From Candidatus Binatia bacterium (GTDB lineage: Bacteria; Desulfobacterota; Binatia; Bin18), in contig CAXXHG010000043.1 of NCBI GenBank assembly GCA_963666315.2, positions 608,001 through 672,000 on the forward strand: a DNA stretch of 64,000 nt. The letters run 5' to 3'. A program made the position numbers and the translations under genes. The notes under the pieces are model-generated. The model was not told the DNA's origin. It worked only from the letters and a program-made list of their open reading frames with translations, and ran no database searches. Of the stretch, positions 11,015-21,635 are shown piece after piece. The first letter of the stretch is position 1; each line of letters starts with the position of its first letter.

Positions 11015-11752
11015 ATGGCAAACGTCCACATCTGCACAGATAAAAACGTCCTCTTCTCTCAAGCCGCAGACCTCTTTGTGAAGTTAGCGAACGAGGCGAT
11101 TACCTCCAGAGGGCGATTCTGTGTTGCGCTGTCTGGTGGCTCGACGCCACGAGGCGTCCACACCCTGCTCGCGAGCGAGGCGTACCGCCAGACAGTTGCC
11201 TGGCAGAAGGTGTATTGTTTTTGGGGCGATGAACGCTGCGTAGCACCAACCCATAAGGACAGCAATTACCGTATGGCCGACGAAACATTGCTCTCGCAGG
11301 TGCCTATCCCACAAGAGAACGTGCATCGGATTAGGGCCGAACGTGACCCTGCTGAGGCGGCAAACTGCTATGAACAGACGCTGCGGCAGGTGTTTGGCGT
11401 ACATACTGGAACACAACCCCAATTCGATCTGGTCTTTTTGGGTATGGGCGCTGATGGACATACCGCCTCGCTGTTTCCGGGCACCCCTGCGTTGCACGCT
11501 GAGGACCACTTGGTCACCGCTCATTTTGTTGAAAAGCTCGATGCCTGGAGAGTCACGCTCACTGCTGCAATGATTAACAACTCCGCCTATATCGCCTTTC
11601 TCGTTGCCGGGGAAGATAAGGCCGCAACGCTCAAAGCGGTAGTCGAAGGTGACGGCCAACCAGAGCAATACCCCTCTCAGCTTATCCAACCGACGTACGG
11701 CCGTTTGTTATGGTTGGTCGATCAGGCTGCGGCAGGTCAACTTTCATTATAA
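11015..11752 (+). CDS. pgl: 6-phosphogluconolactonase
   Basis: ALSGGSTP, WGDERCV, DSNY, LGMGADGHTASLFP. Confidence 0.95.
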   Translation: MANVHICTDKNVLFSQAADLFVKLANEAITSRGRFCVALSGGSTPRGVHTLLASEAYRQTVAWQKVYCFWGDERCVAPTHKDSNYRMADETLLSQVPIPQENVHRIRAERDPAEAANCYEQTLRQVFGVHTGTQPQFDLVFLGMGADGHTASLFPGTPALHAEDHLVTAHFVEKLDAWRVTLTAAMINNSAYIAFLVAGEDKAATLKAVVEGDGQPEQYPSQLIQPTYGRLLWLVDQAAAGQLSL

Positions 11753-13237
11753 ATTCCGGGGAGGAGAATGGTCCCTAGATATCATTCTTTCTGCGGTATG
11801 TATCTCATACACATACCATAACTTAGTCCGCTCAACCCAGTTATTAAAGTTCAATTCTTTTATCCACTCGGGCAATGTACTGTATATTAATGTATATGTA
11901 TACCCAGTCTCTCTTATAGAATCTGGATTTCTGGTGACGAACAAACACGGCCGATCGCTACCCAAGTCGATCTCATTAATTGAGCGAATTTCGCGCATTT
12001 CTAAATTACTACGTCTATAAAAAATGATCTCTAATTGTACTCTTTGGTAAGGGCTGCTTTTAATATAATATAACGTAGTTGGGGCGTGATAGTTATCGAA
12101 TATTGTCTTGTACAAATACGTGTTGGCATCCGCCGGACGAAAAGCTATAATTATCAAAAATACAATATTTATGGCCCAGAATATATGGGTAAATCTTCTG
12201 AATAAAGTCGTCTTGAGCAAGTTGCTGAACCATCTATTCTGTATTATCTCAATAGATTTTATAATTAATATAGGAACAAAACAGATTATTGGAAATAAGT
12301 AGCGAGTTTCTTTGTGGCCGATGATGCTCTGAATTATGATAAAAGGAAGGATGGTCCAAATAATGACCTCTTTTCTTTTATATATCAAAACGATGAGCAG
12401 GCTCAGAATACATATAATACTAATGGGAGGGATAGCTTTAATAAAAACGGCTTCAAAGTAATACCACCAGGATTTAACACCAAATTCTGACAGTTTGTCT
12501 AATACAATACCCTGCTCAAAATAATTCCACGCCGTCAGCGTCCAGTCACAATAATACCACCGGTCTATCAATATGCCGAGGGTGATTGCGAATAGTATAC
12601 CCGAACTCATCAGGATTAAATGGACTAGTTTCTGTCTATTGATAAAGAGGAGCCAGAGCATAAATCCAGCGATGAGCAGGCCGACTTGATATCTAAATAA
12701 AAAAGCCAGACCAAAGAGGATGCCAATCAAGAGGTAATGTAATTTGCTTTTCGCCTCCTTTAGAAAAAATAGCGAATACGCTATTAAGAAAATCGAACTA
12801 GACCAATTTTCTGAAGAGAATCTTACGTTAGTATATACCGCAAACCATAAGAGGAAAGATAATAGTAAAAACCATTTCTGCAGTAATACATCCTCTATTT
12901 CTCGTCGATATACTCTATAAAAGAGGTGTATACTCAGAAAAGAAATGAGTCCGGACAGGATTCTCAGAAATATAGCTATCGTAAACGGATTCGTTATTTT
13001 TACTACGCTGAGAAGTGAGTAAACCAATACGACGATTGCCGGCTGTATTGCCGCACGCGTCTGATAGTGATACTCCCAAGCTAAATCGTCTGCCTGCGTC
13101 AGGCCTAATTTGAGGCCTGCAAATTCTAAAAGGTGAAAATGTTCATCAAATTGATGATATCCCACAGAAAACAGTGCCGTAATGAGCAATATTATTGCGC
13201 TGAAGAGATAGACGAATTTATCCTCCATAGTATGCAT
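11747..13237 (-). CDS. Multi-TM GT-C glycosyltransferase, Alg9/PIG-B-like (GT22) mannosyltransferase
   Basis: N-terminal DEHF..LEFA, WEY....R and C-terminal HKETRYLFP motifs typical of PIG-B/Alg9; many TM segments; visibly AT-rich versus flanks. Confidence 0.75.
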   Translation of the reverse strand: MHTMEDKFVYLFSAIILLITALFSVGYHQFDEHFHLLEFAGLKLGLTQADDLAWEYHYQTRAAIQPAIVVLVYSLLSVVKITNPFTIAIFLRILSGLISFLSIHLFYRVYRREIEDVLLQKWFLLLSFLLWFAVYTNVRFSSENWSSSIFLIAYSLFFLKEAKSKLHYLLIGILFGLAFLFRYQVGLLIAGFMLWLLFINRQKLVHLILMSSGILFAITLGILIDRWYYCDWTLTAWNYFEQGIVLDKLSEFGVKSWWYYFEAVFIKAIPPISIICILSLLIVLIYKRKEVIIWTILPFIIIQSIIGHKETRYLFPIICFVPILIIKSIEIIQNRWFSNLLKTTLFRRFTHIFWAINIVFLIIIAFRPADANTYLYKTIFDNYHAPTTLYYIKSSPYQRVQLEIIFYRRSNLEMREIRSINEIDLGSDRPCLFVTRNPDSIRETGYTYTLIYSTLPEWIKELNFNNWVERTKLWYVYEIHTAERMISRDHSPPRNL

Positions 13238-13394
13238 AGTATGGCCGTGTTCAATAAGGGGGAGAATACATGGAGCTCCTCGCTTTTACCCCAGCGATGG
13301 AAAGACTGCAAGGAAGTACGTTTTGGACATGGTATGATGTCCTCAGTCCACGCGATTCTTGGAGTTGCTCCAGGAAGGGTTAAGGGAAGAGTAT

Positions 13395-14165
13395 ATGCCA
13401 GCCAATTACGTCATCGACATGGACGGTGTGATTTATCTAGGCAACGAGATCCTGCCTGGAGCGAAGACCTTTATTGACCGACTAACCAAGGGCAATCACC
13501 GGTTCACGTTTTTGACGAATAGTTCGGGCCGCACGCCTGCCGGCTTGCAACAAAAATTGAGCAAAATGGGTATCGAGGTCGACATCGAACACTTCTTTAC
13601 CTCAGCCTTGGCAACCGCCGATTTCGTAAGTAGCCAAATCCCACGTGGCAGGGCCTACATCATTGGTGGAGACGGTTTGCGGGACGCATTGGAAGAGGTG
13701 GGGTATACCATCACCGACGAACACGTTGATTATGTCATTATCGGTACGACCCGCACGTATAACTACGACCGCATGGAGAAGGCGGTCAAACTCGTCCAAG
13801 AAGGTGCTCGGCTCATTGGCACCAATCCCGATGTCACGGGTCCCTCGGAGCACGGCATCATTCCTGCTTGTGGAGCACTCGTCGCTCCCATCCAGCTCGT
13901 CACCGGGGTACATCCTTATTTTGTAGGCAAACCTAATCCGCTTATGATGCGCACCGCCCTACGCCGCATCGGCGCCCACTCTGCGGATACCTTCATGGTC
14001 GGAGACCGTATGGATACCGACATGATCGCCGGTACCGAAGTCGGCATGCGGACTATCCTTGTGCTCTCGGGTGTGACTGCGCGTGAGGATATTGAAGCGT
14101 ATGCCTTTCGACCGGACTACGTATTTGAGCACGTAGGCGAGATCCCGGTTGAGACGATGACTTGA
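13395..14165 (+). CDS. HAD-IIA family phosphatase (NagD-like)
   Basis: DMDGVIY, LTNSS, TNPD, GKPNP, VGDRMDTD. Confidence 0.9.
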   Translation: MPANYVIDMDGVIYLGNEILPGAKTFIDRLTKGNHRFTFLTNSSGRTPAGLQQKLSKMGIEVDIEHFFTSALATADFVSSQIPRGRAYIIGGDGLRDALEEVGYTITDEHVDYVIIGTTRTYNYDRMEKAVKLVQEGARLIGTNPDVTGPSEHGIIPACGALVAPIQLVTGVHPYFVGKPNPLMMRTALRRIGAHSADTFMVGDRMDTDMIAGTEVGMRTILVLSGVTAREDIEAYAFRPDYVFEHVGEIPVETMT

Positions 14166-14197
14166 TCGGCTCTGCCTCAATAGCTACCGTAGCAAAA

Positions 14198-14228
14198 GGC
14201 ATCTTCCTCACCTGACGAAGAAGATGCC
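14198..14228. terminator. Hairpin downstream of the NagD-like gene
   Basis: GGCATCTTC-N13-GAAGATGCC; no clear U-tract on the + strand. Confidence 0.4.
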
Positions 14229-14298
14229 CGCCTAAGCGTTGCTGCCTGAGAGTCCGCTCACTATCGTCTTCAGAACCTTCACTAATAATGAGGAGTGC

Positions 14299-15393
14299 AT
14301 GTCAGATCCCGGAGTAGAGCTCTCCATCATAGTGCCTACCTATAACGAAAAGGAGAATATCTCTGAGCTGGTTTCCCGGATAGACACCTGTCTGGCGAAC
14401 CAGTCGTGGGAAGTCATATTTGTAGACGACGATTCTCCTGACGGGACGGCAGACCTGGTGCGCGCACTGGCTCGGGATGATCACCGTATTCGTTGTATAC
14501 AGCGCATCAACCGGAGGGGTCTGTCTTCCGCATGTATCGAAGGTATGCTTGCCAGCTCTGCTCCCTACCTCGCCGTTATGGATGCCGACCTGCAACATGA
14601 CGAGCGGTTACTGCAGCAGATGCTGGAAACGTTGAAAGAAGAGGGGTTTGATCTCGCTGTGGGGAGTCGCTACTCCGCCGGAGGGGGCGTGGGTAACTGG
14701 GATCCGGTGCGTACCCGTATGAGCCGCTGGGCAACCAGACTCAGTCGCATGGTGCTCCGGGTTCCTCTCTCCGATCCTATGAGCGGCTTCTTTATGATCC
14801 GTCGCAGTGTTTTCCTCGGCAGGGTGCGTCAACTTTCTGGTGTCGGTTTTAAGATCTTGCTTGATGTCATCGCGTCTTCTCCACAGCAGCTTCAGGTGAA
14901 AGAACTCCCGTATATTTTTCGATCCCGCCAGTTTGGTGAGAGCAAGCTCGACGGACAAGTCGGGTGGGAGTATCTCTTGATGCTGCTTGATAAATTGTTT
15001 GGCCAATGCATTCCTGTCGGATTCCTGTCTTTTGCCCTGGTTGGTGGTCTTGGTGTCGTTGTCCATCTTCTGACCCTTACGTTCTTGTTCGAGGGAATGA
15101 AAATCTCATTTCTCAACAGTCAAATCGTCGCCACCTTTATTGCGATGACCTCTAACTTTGCCTTGAACAACGTGCTGACGTATCGGGACATCCGACTGCG
15201 GGGCTGGCATTGGCTTCAGGGCTGGGCTTCCTTCACTTTCGCCTGCAGCATCGGCGCCTTTGCCAATGTGAGTATCGCTTCCCATTTATTTGAAAAAGGG
15301 ACAATGTGGATTATTGCTGCGCTGGTCGGCATGAGTGTCAGCGCTGTGTGGAATTACGCTATGACCAGGGCGTATACCGGGAAGAAACCGTAG
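14299..15393 (+). CDS. GT2 polyprenol-phosphate glycosyltransferase (DPM1-like) fused to a C-terminal GtrA-like flippase domain
   Basis: IVPTYNE, VDDDSPDGT, MDADLQH, DPMSGFF, GESKL, followed by a 4-TM domain (FALVGGLG..NFALNN..WNY). Confidence 0.9.
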   Translation: MSDPGVELSIIVPTYNEKENISELVSRIDTCLANQSWEVIFVDDDSPDGTADLVRALARDDHRIRCIQRINRRGLSSACIEGMLASSAPYLAVMDADLQHDERLLQQMLETLKEEGFDLAVGSRYSAGGGVGNWDPVRTRMSRWATRLSRMVLRVPLSDPMSGFFMIRRSVFLGRVRQLSGVGFKILLDVIASSPQQLQVKELPYIFRSRQFGESKLDGQVGWEYLLMLLDKLFGQCIPVGFLSFALVGGLGVVVHLLTLTFLFEGMKISFLNSQIVATFIAMTSNFALNNVLTYRDIRLRGWHWLQGWASFTFACSIGAFANVSIASHLFEKGTMWIIAALVGMSVSAVWNYAMTRAYTGKKP

Positions 15394-15447
15394 GCTGTTT
15401 GAAAAAATTCTCTTTTGCCAAATACGTGTCAAACCTGTCGTTCCGTA

Positions 15448-16623
15448 TTATTGTGTTTTAGAGAAAATCTGCAACACATTGAGCGCGACTGTTCTTTGCT
15501 CAGGGTGGAGAGTCGGAAAGTCCTTCTTCGTCCGGAACGTTACAATGTTTTTTCCAAGATGGAGCCAATCTTGCCTGAGTGGGATCGCATATATGCGCCA
15601 GCCACGATGCAGAAATAAGCGCGCTGCCGCCTGCCCATTGATATCTACCTCTACTGGGTAGCAGGCAAACTCCTGAGACTTAATAAACGGCCGCGCTATG
15701 AACTGCAGTGTATCAACACTCACGTGAGAGAATTGAAGAGCTATATTCGCCTCGCCTCGTTTCGCCCAGGAAATAGGACCCAGAGGTTCACGTGTATGCG
15801 TCTCCCATGCCCCACTTAAACTGTCTAGTGGGGCGCTGCTTCCGAAAGAGAAAGTCAGAAAAGGCGTGTCTTGTACGTAATGGCCTGATGGTAGCGTACT
15901 TCGTAGTCGGGGGAAAAAGTAAAAACATTGGTAGCAGATGAAAGATCCCAGACCTAAAAGAATGATGGCATATCGTTTCCGACAGAAGTACGATGAGATG
16001 GGGAGGGTAAAGAGGAGCCACCCACTCGCAAGCAGGAGACTGCCGATGATATCGCTGAGCCAATGGTGGGCGAGGTAAATACGTTGCCATATAATGACAC
16101 CTGTGAGGGCGAATAACAGTCCGCCGCCACAAAGTTTTAGCCATTTTACGCAGCGGAGGGGATTGAGCAGGACCAGCAGGGTGCCAGTGAGCAGGACCGC
16201 CCCAACCACGTGACCGCTTGGGTAGCTATTGCCTTCCAAAATAGAGGGAATCACGCTGGGCCGGGCACGTTCAAAACCTGTCTTCAGCACTTCACACAGG
16301 AATGTCCCAATAATAACGACCAATGTGGAGTACCATGCTTCAGTCCAATATCTTTGGATGCACATGCGCAAGAGAGCGAGGCAGCCGAGTAGACTGAGAA
16401 AAAAGAGTGGCAGATTTTTTAGTATCGTTGCATAATAATCGAGAGTACAGGAGCGTTGCCCTTGTACCCAATAATACATCGCGGCGTCATAAGAGACGAT
16501 ACTGTCGAGGAAAAATATCTCTCCGAGAGCCAGCACAAAGAGTGCTATTGGCAATACCTCTGGGTGCGCACGCGGATACAGAGAAGGCAGCTTATCCGTT
16601 TCTTCCAAGCTATTGCCTTTCAA
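15448..16623 (-). CDS. PAP2-family membrane phosphatase with extra soluble C-terminal domain
   Basis: K..F.R.RP, YPSGH, RIYLAHHWLSD. Confidence 0.85.
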   Translation of the reverse strand: MKGNSLEETDKLPSLYPRAHPEVLPIALFVLALGEIFFLDSIVSYDAAMYYWVQGQRSCTLDYYATILKNLPLFFLSLLGCLALLRMCIQRYWTEAWYSTLVVIIGTFLCEVLKTGFERARPSVIPSILEGNSYPSGHVVGAVLLTGTLLVLLNPLRCVKWLKLCGGGLLFALTGVIIWQRIYLAHHWLSDIIGSLLLASGWLLFTLPISSYFCRKRYAIILLGLGSFICYQCFYFFPRLRSTLPSGHYVQDTPFLTFSFGSSAPLDSLSGAWETHTREPLGPISWAKRGEANIALQFSHVSVDTLQFIARPFIKSQEFACYPVEVDINGQAAARLFLHRGWRIYAIPLRQDWLHLGKNIVTFRTKKDFPTLHPEQRTVALNVLQIFSKTQ

Positions 16624-16647
16624 GGAGAAGCACGAAGGGTGAGGATG

Positions 16648-18120
16648 TCATAAAGGTCTTTTCTTAAGGAGCAGGGCTCTTTCCAAGCTGACACCAGCCG
16701 TTTCGAATTCTTCAGGCAGAGTCTTGGAGCCGACTGGATAGAGATAAAAGGGTCGTTCTTTTGCTGTAGGACTTCCATCTAAACTAATCTGAAGATGCCT
16801 ATGGAGATAGGCGTGAAGCTCCCAATCTCCCCGTTCCGAGGGATGGATCCCGATAATGTTTCCTGCAGGCACAATATGACTGATAGCCTGAAGATCGTGA
16901 AACACATCCGTATCCCTGTAAGGCGTATTTATTAGGAAGAGGGAAATCGTCCCTATGCACAGGAGCGCTCCCATCGCTATTCTATGCAGAAGGCGGAATG
17001 ATTGATCTTTCCATAGTGGTATTCTCCGATCAAACATTCTAGACAGGGACGGACAGAGCAGCAGGCTACAGGCAAGGGCAAAGAAAGGGAGAGTCGGAAC
17101 TATATAATATGAATGCTGTTTATAGCTAAGGAGGACAGGCAGGCTGCCAGACAGGGCGATGAGTAAACAGGCTGCGGCTTGGCGTGTCATTTTCTGCGGT
17201 AAGGACAGCGAGTTGTCATATCGTGCCAAGATAAAGATGAGAGCTATTATGACCAGGCTGGGTATGAGCTCCTTGGTCATAGAGAGGAGAAATGGCAGCG
17301 GGCCGATTTCGTTGATACCAGCCTGCGGTTGTCCCTTGAGGGAAGCGAGAACCTGATGACTGAGGTAGTGATTGAGGGCGACCCAGGCGGGTTCGTACAG
17401 CAGCAACAAGCCGAATAATCCGACCGCAGAAAAGATGCACAGCAGCGTAACCGAAACCCCTTTGCGGATGTCTGTAGGATCGACAACGATGACATATAAA
17501 AGCGGCGCCGTAAGAGGAAAAAGCCCAACAGGGCCTTTGGACAGAAAAGCAGCGACAACCAGCAGCCCGGCACAAAAAGCATACAGGATTTGTCGAAAGA
17601 GGTGCGGTGTATATAAAGCCTGGAAGCTGCAAACAAACGAAAGCAAACAAAAGACTGTGAGTGTATTTTCAAGAATATTATTTTGATACGCCCACTGCCA
17701 TCGAGGCATGGCGAGCCAGAGCAATATGGGAAGCCAAGTATAGCGGCGGAAACTGTCTTCTTCCCTTGTTACATAACACCACAGGCATACAATAGAGATT
17801 AAAGACAGGAGCATCGTTGTTAACGAATACAATTTTTCCACCAAATAATGGTCCCCCAGTAATATAAAGAAAAACGACTGTATAACGAATACTAATGGCG
17901 GGTGTTCATAAAATTCAGGATGTAATGTTGCTGTATAATAGGGTTTCCACCACTGTCCCAGCCCTATGGATAGATTCCTGCTGATAGTTGCATACGTCAC
18001 ACCATCATGAAACATGCCCCAAGCAGCCAAACGAGGTAGCAAGATTCCTGCTAGCAGAACCCATACGAATAGCCAACTTATCCGGTGAAAACTGGCCACG
18101 GCGGGCGTGTTGTTTGTCAT
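16648..18120 (-). CDS. ArnT/PMT_2-like GT-C glycosyltransferase
   Basis: DGVTYATISRN, EHPPL, LSKGPVG; multi-TM. Confidence 0.85.
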   Translation of the reverse strand: MTNNTPAVASFHRISWLFVWVLLAGILLPRLAAWGMFHDGVTYATISRNLSIGLGQWWKPYYTATLHPEFYEHPPLVFVIQSFFFILLGDHYLVEKLYSLTTMLLSLISIVCLWCYVTREEDSFRRYTWLPILLWLAMPRWQWAYQNNILENTLTVFCLLSFVCSFQALYTPHLFRQILYAFCAGLLVVAAFLSKGPVGLFPLTAPLLYVIVVDPTDIRKGVSVTLLCIFSAVGLFGLLLLYEPAWVALNHYLSHQVLASLKGQPQAGINEIGPLPFLLSMTKELIPSLVIIALIFILARYDNSLSLPQKMTRQAAACLLIALSGSLPVLLSYKQHSYYIVPTLPFFALACSLLLCPSLSRMFDRRIPLWKDQSFRLLHRIAMGALLCIGTISLFLINTPYRDTDVFHDLQAISHIVPAGNIIGIHPSERGDWELHAYLHRHLQISLDGSPTAKERPFYLYPVGSKTLPEEFETAGVSLERALLLKKRPL

Positions 18121-18359
18121 AGTGAGAGACTATGGAAGACGGTCGTCGGCAAATTTGGCAAATCGGGAAAGTATGCGCATCCAGAATAGTGCAGAGCAGA
18201 TCACGGATCATTTATACTGGCATACTGAGGAAATAAGGTTCCTAAGACGCAAACGGCATTGATGCCGGTCTAAAGCTATATGTGGCCATTGTTGTTGAGC
18301 TCCGGCTTTGAGACCCTACCCTTGTAGAGCAGGCACTGCTGCCTGACCCGGTGAGCCTC

Positions 18360-20351
18360 TTACCCCTTTTTTACCATCCCCGTCTTTGTCGTCTCGTAGC
18401 CATCGAGTTGCTCAACGGCTTGCTTGAAGGAGTCGGAACGAATGACTGCAACAAGCCGTTGTCCTGTGTCGCTCTTGAAGAAGTCTTTTTGAAAGACGAG
18501 ATCGTATTCTTCACGCTCAATGGGAACAAAGTCGAGGCCCAAGGCTTTAGCCGCTGACTTCACACCCAGGCCGGTATCAACCAGGCCGCTGGCAATGGCC
18601 ACGGCCACGGCCATATGAGTAGTTTCTTCGCGTTCATAGCCTGTGATGCGTTCCGGCTTGATATGCAGCCTGTCGAGCTTATAGTCCAGCAGCACGCGCG
18701 TGCCAGCGCCGGGTTGGCGGTTGATGAAGGTCACATCTTTACGGGTCAGGTCTCTGAGGTTTTTGATCTTTTTCGGGTTGCCCTGAGGAATAATCAGCCC
18801 CTGTTCTCGAATGACCAGTGTCATCACGACTGACCTGGCCAAAAGTTTTTGTTTTTTTACGTCCGGTATATTGTACACACCAGTGGCAGGATCAAGCAGG
18901 TGGGTGCCGATTATATGCGCTTCGCCTCGTTTGAGCGCTACGAGGCCGCCGAGCGAGCCGATATTGCTGGCTGATATTTTGAGGCCGGGATAATGCGCCC
19001 GGAGCTGATCGTTGAGTACGCCTATGGTGAGGTCATTACTGCCGGTAAACAAAATGGTATTGTCGATTTCTTCAGCCGGACGCAGCAGTTCGATTGTGAC
19101 CTCTTGTCCAGCGTTCAAGCCTTCGTCCAAAGCGGGAATACGCAAAACCCCGTCGGCCCTGACCATGGTGGTGATGACCCCAGCACCGCGTCCTATGGGG
19201 GTAGCGATGAGCTTGTCTCCAACCCGACCGAGGTTTACTCGCACAAACTCTTCCAGACCGAGGCGTGAAGGGACTTTACGCGGCAGCATGGCTCGAATCT
19301 TTTGCGGCTCTTCTGCCGGACGGCCTAGATAATGGGCGATGAGTTTGCGCAGGACCTGCTGACAGATGACCACGGCTGAGACTGGATAGCCGGGCAGGCC
19401 GATTACCGGTTTGCCGTCAATCACGGCTAGAATCGCCGGCTTACCGGGCATGACGTCAATGCCATGCACCAGGATGTCACCCTGCGACTCTAAAGCACGG
19501 ACGGTAAAGTCATGCTCACCGGCTGAGGAACCTGCAATGATGATGACAATGTCATGATTCTTGACTGCCTTTGCCAGTGCGCGGGTAATGGGTTTCAGAT
19601 CATCGCCTACGCGCGCCAAACGTTTTGGCTTACCGCCCCATTCTTCAACAAAGGCGGCGGTAATTCGCGAGTTAAATTCAATAATCTGGCCTGGCTTGGC
19701 AGGGTCGCCGGGCTCAATCAACTCAGAGCCGGTGGGAATAATACCCACGGTCGGCGGGGCAACCACAGGAATTTCAGTATGGCCGGCGGCAAGCAGTGCG
19801 CCCAGGTCATACGGCCGTAGCTTATGCCCGCGTGGCAAGAGCGGCTCAGTGGCAACAATGTCTTCTCCTACCAGCCGGACATGCTGCCAGGGCGTTGAGG
19901 CGTCCCGAATCTCAACTTCTGTGTCATTCTTCTTGAACACCCGCTCAATCATAATGACCGCATTAGCCCAGGTCGGGAGCGGGTTACCTGTGTCCACGTA
20001 CTGAAACGGCGGCTGAGACGATACGTCTTTATTCCTCTGACTTCGCTGTCTGTTTTTTGCGACTCGGTTGAGAATCACAGGAGAGAATTCACTTGCCCCA
20101 AAAGTATCCTCAGCCCGCACGGCAATGCCGTCCATAGCTGCACCATGATAATGCGGGGCGGACAGGACCGCAAAAATCGGCCCGGCCGTGGTGCAATGGA
20201 GCGCTTTTTCAACTGCCACATATGCGGTCTTCGTGTGTGGTGGTACTGCTCCTAGGAAGACGTCGAGCGCTTCGCCCAGCGACTTCTTTTTGAGATAGCG
20301 TTTGCGGTCTGTCTTGGGGGATGGATGTCCAGCCGTATGATGGTCGTGCAT
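18360..20351 (-). CDS. MoeA fused to a C-terminal PBP (LysR-substrate-binding-like) domain
   Basis: AAMDGIAV, PTGSEL, MPGKP, GLPGYPVS; C-terminal GSND, GSLGGL, NRQPGAGTR, YDLV. Confidence 0.9.
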   Translation of the reverse strand: MHDHHTAGHPSPKTDRKRYLKKKSLGEALDVFLGAVPPHTKTAYVAVEKALHCTTAGPIFAVLSAPHYHGAAMDGIAVRAEDTFGASEFSPVILNRVAKNRQRSQRNKDVSSQPPFQYVDTGNPLPTWANAVIMIERVFKKNDTEVEIRDASTPWQHVRLVGEDIVATEPLLPRGHKLRPYDLGALLAAGHTEIPVVAPPTVGIIPTGSELIEPGDPAKPGQIIEFNSRITAAFVEEWGGKPKRLARVGDDLKPITRALAKAVKNHDIVIIIAGSSAGEHDFTVRALESQGDILVHGIDVMPGKPAILAVIDGKPVIGLPGYPVSAVVICQQVLRKLIAHYLGRPAEEPQKIRAMLPRKVPSRLGLEEFVRVNLGRVGDKLIATPIGRGAGVITTMVRADGVLRIPALDEGLNAGQEVTIELLRPAEEIDNTILFTGSNDLTIGVLNDQLRAHYPGLKISASNIGSLGGLVALKRGEAHIIGTHLLDPATGVYNIPDVKKQKLLARSVVMTLVIREQGLIIPQGNPKKIKNLRDLTRKDVTFINRQPGAGTRVLLDYKLDRLHIKPERITGYEREETTHMAVAVAIASGLVDTGLGVKSAAKALGLDFVPIEREEYDLVFQKDFFKSDTGQRLVAVIRSDSFKQAVEQLDGYETTKTGMVKKG

Positions 20352-20360
20352 GGTGAACCA

Positions 20361-21635
20361 CTAAAACACAATGACCTCAACTTCTTCCCCAGCCTCGCGA
20401 CCTTCTTCGTTATGTGGGATACATACCATCCCATCGGCTTGCACAAGGCTGAAGATCGCGCCTGATTTTCCTGGTAAGGGCTGGGCAAGCTGGGAGCCGG
20501 TGTCGTTGTGGAGTCTCACCCGCACATAATCCTCGCGTCCGGGTGCTGAAGCAATATTTTGTGCCAGCCGTGCCCGGACTGTCCGTAGCGGAATAAAGGC
20601 AGTGTCAGCAGACTCGCCACCGATCATGCGCACTAGCGGCGCACCGAACAACGCAAACACAACCAAGGCGGATACGGGATGGCCCGGCAGACCCATGACT
20701 GGCTTACCGGCTGCTTTGGCAAAAATCGTTGGTTTGCCCGGCGCTATCGAAATGCCGTGAAAGAACAGCTCAGAGCGCGGGAACGAACGAATCACATCTA
20801 GAGCCATATCTTTTATGCCAACCGAGCTGCCACCGGAAATCATGACCACGTCGGCAACTTTGAGGGCTGTGGTCATGGCCTGGGTAAATGCCTGTGCGTC
20901 GTCTTTTATGACTCCCAGGTCGGTCACCTCACCGCCACACTCGGCAATCATGGCTCGCAACGAGTATTGATTGACATTCCGAATCTGTCCCGGTCTTGGC
21001 GTTTTTTCGGGTGGGACGATTTCATCCCCGGTTGAAATGAGAGCAACTGTCGGACGGCGGTACACGGGAACCTTGCGAATCCCCACGCCGGTGAGTGCGC
21101 CTATGTCCTGCGCACGCAGGCGCCGACCCACCGGAAAGATGGGTTTTTTCTTTTTTATATCCTCGCCAATCCGCAGAATATTCTCCCACGGGGATACACT
21201 GCGCAGGATCTCAACCGTTCCGTCGCCCAGCTCTTCGGTATATTCAACCATGACCATAGAGTTTGCACCCGGTGGCAACATACCGCCGGTGGCAATCCGC
21301 ATGGTCTCGCCCTTTTTAAGTTTGTATTTGGCCTCTTTACCCATCTCTATTGCGCCGACTAATTTCAGATAGGCAGGCAGACTGGCGGATGCGCCGAACG
21401 TGTCCCGGGCGCGGACGGCATAGCCGTCCATGTTTGTGCGGTTGAAGTGGGGCAGATCGACGGGCGAGGTGAGCGGCTGGGCGAGAATACGTCCGCCTGA
21501 TTCCAGCACAGGCACGTTCTCACTCTGTGTGTGGGGAGCAAAGGCTGCGAGCTGCACGCGGGCCTGGGCTGAGCTGACCACACGAAAAAACGCCTTAACC
21601 GGGGCGGGTGCTAGAGCCGCCGATGCGCGAGGCAC
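20361..21635 (-). CDS. moeA: Molybdopterin molybdenumtransferase
   Basis: MDGYAV, IATGG, STGDE, SGGSSVG, PGKPT, LPGHPVS. Confidence 0.93.
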   Translation of the reverse strand: MPRASAALAPAPVKAFFRVVSSAQARVQLAAFAPHTQSENVPVLESGGRILAQPLTSPVDLPHFNRTNMDGYAVRARDTFGASASLPAYLKLVGAIEMGKEAKYKLKKGETMRIATGGMLPPGANSMVMVEYTEELGDGTVEILRSVSPWENILRIGEDIKKKKPIFPVGRRLRAQDIGALTGVGIRKVPVYRRPTVALISTGDEIVPPEKTPRPGQIRNVNQYSLRAMIAECGGEVTDLGVIKDDAQAFTQAMTTALKVADVVMISGGSSVGIKDMALDVIRSFPRSELFFHGISIAPGKPTIFAKAAGKPVMGLPGHPVSALVVFALFGAPLVRMIGGESADTAFIPLRTVRARLAQNIASAPGREDYVRVRLHNDTGSQLAQPLPGKSGAIFSLVQADGMVCIPHNEEGREAGEEVEVIVF

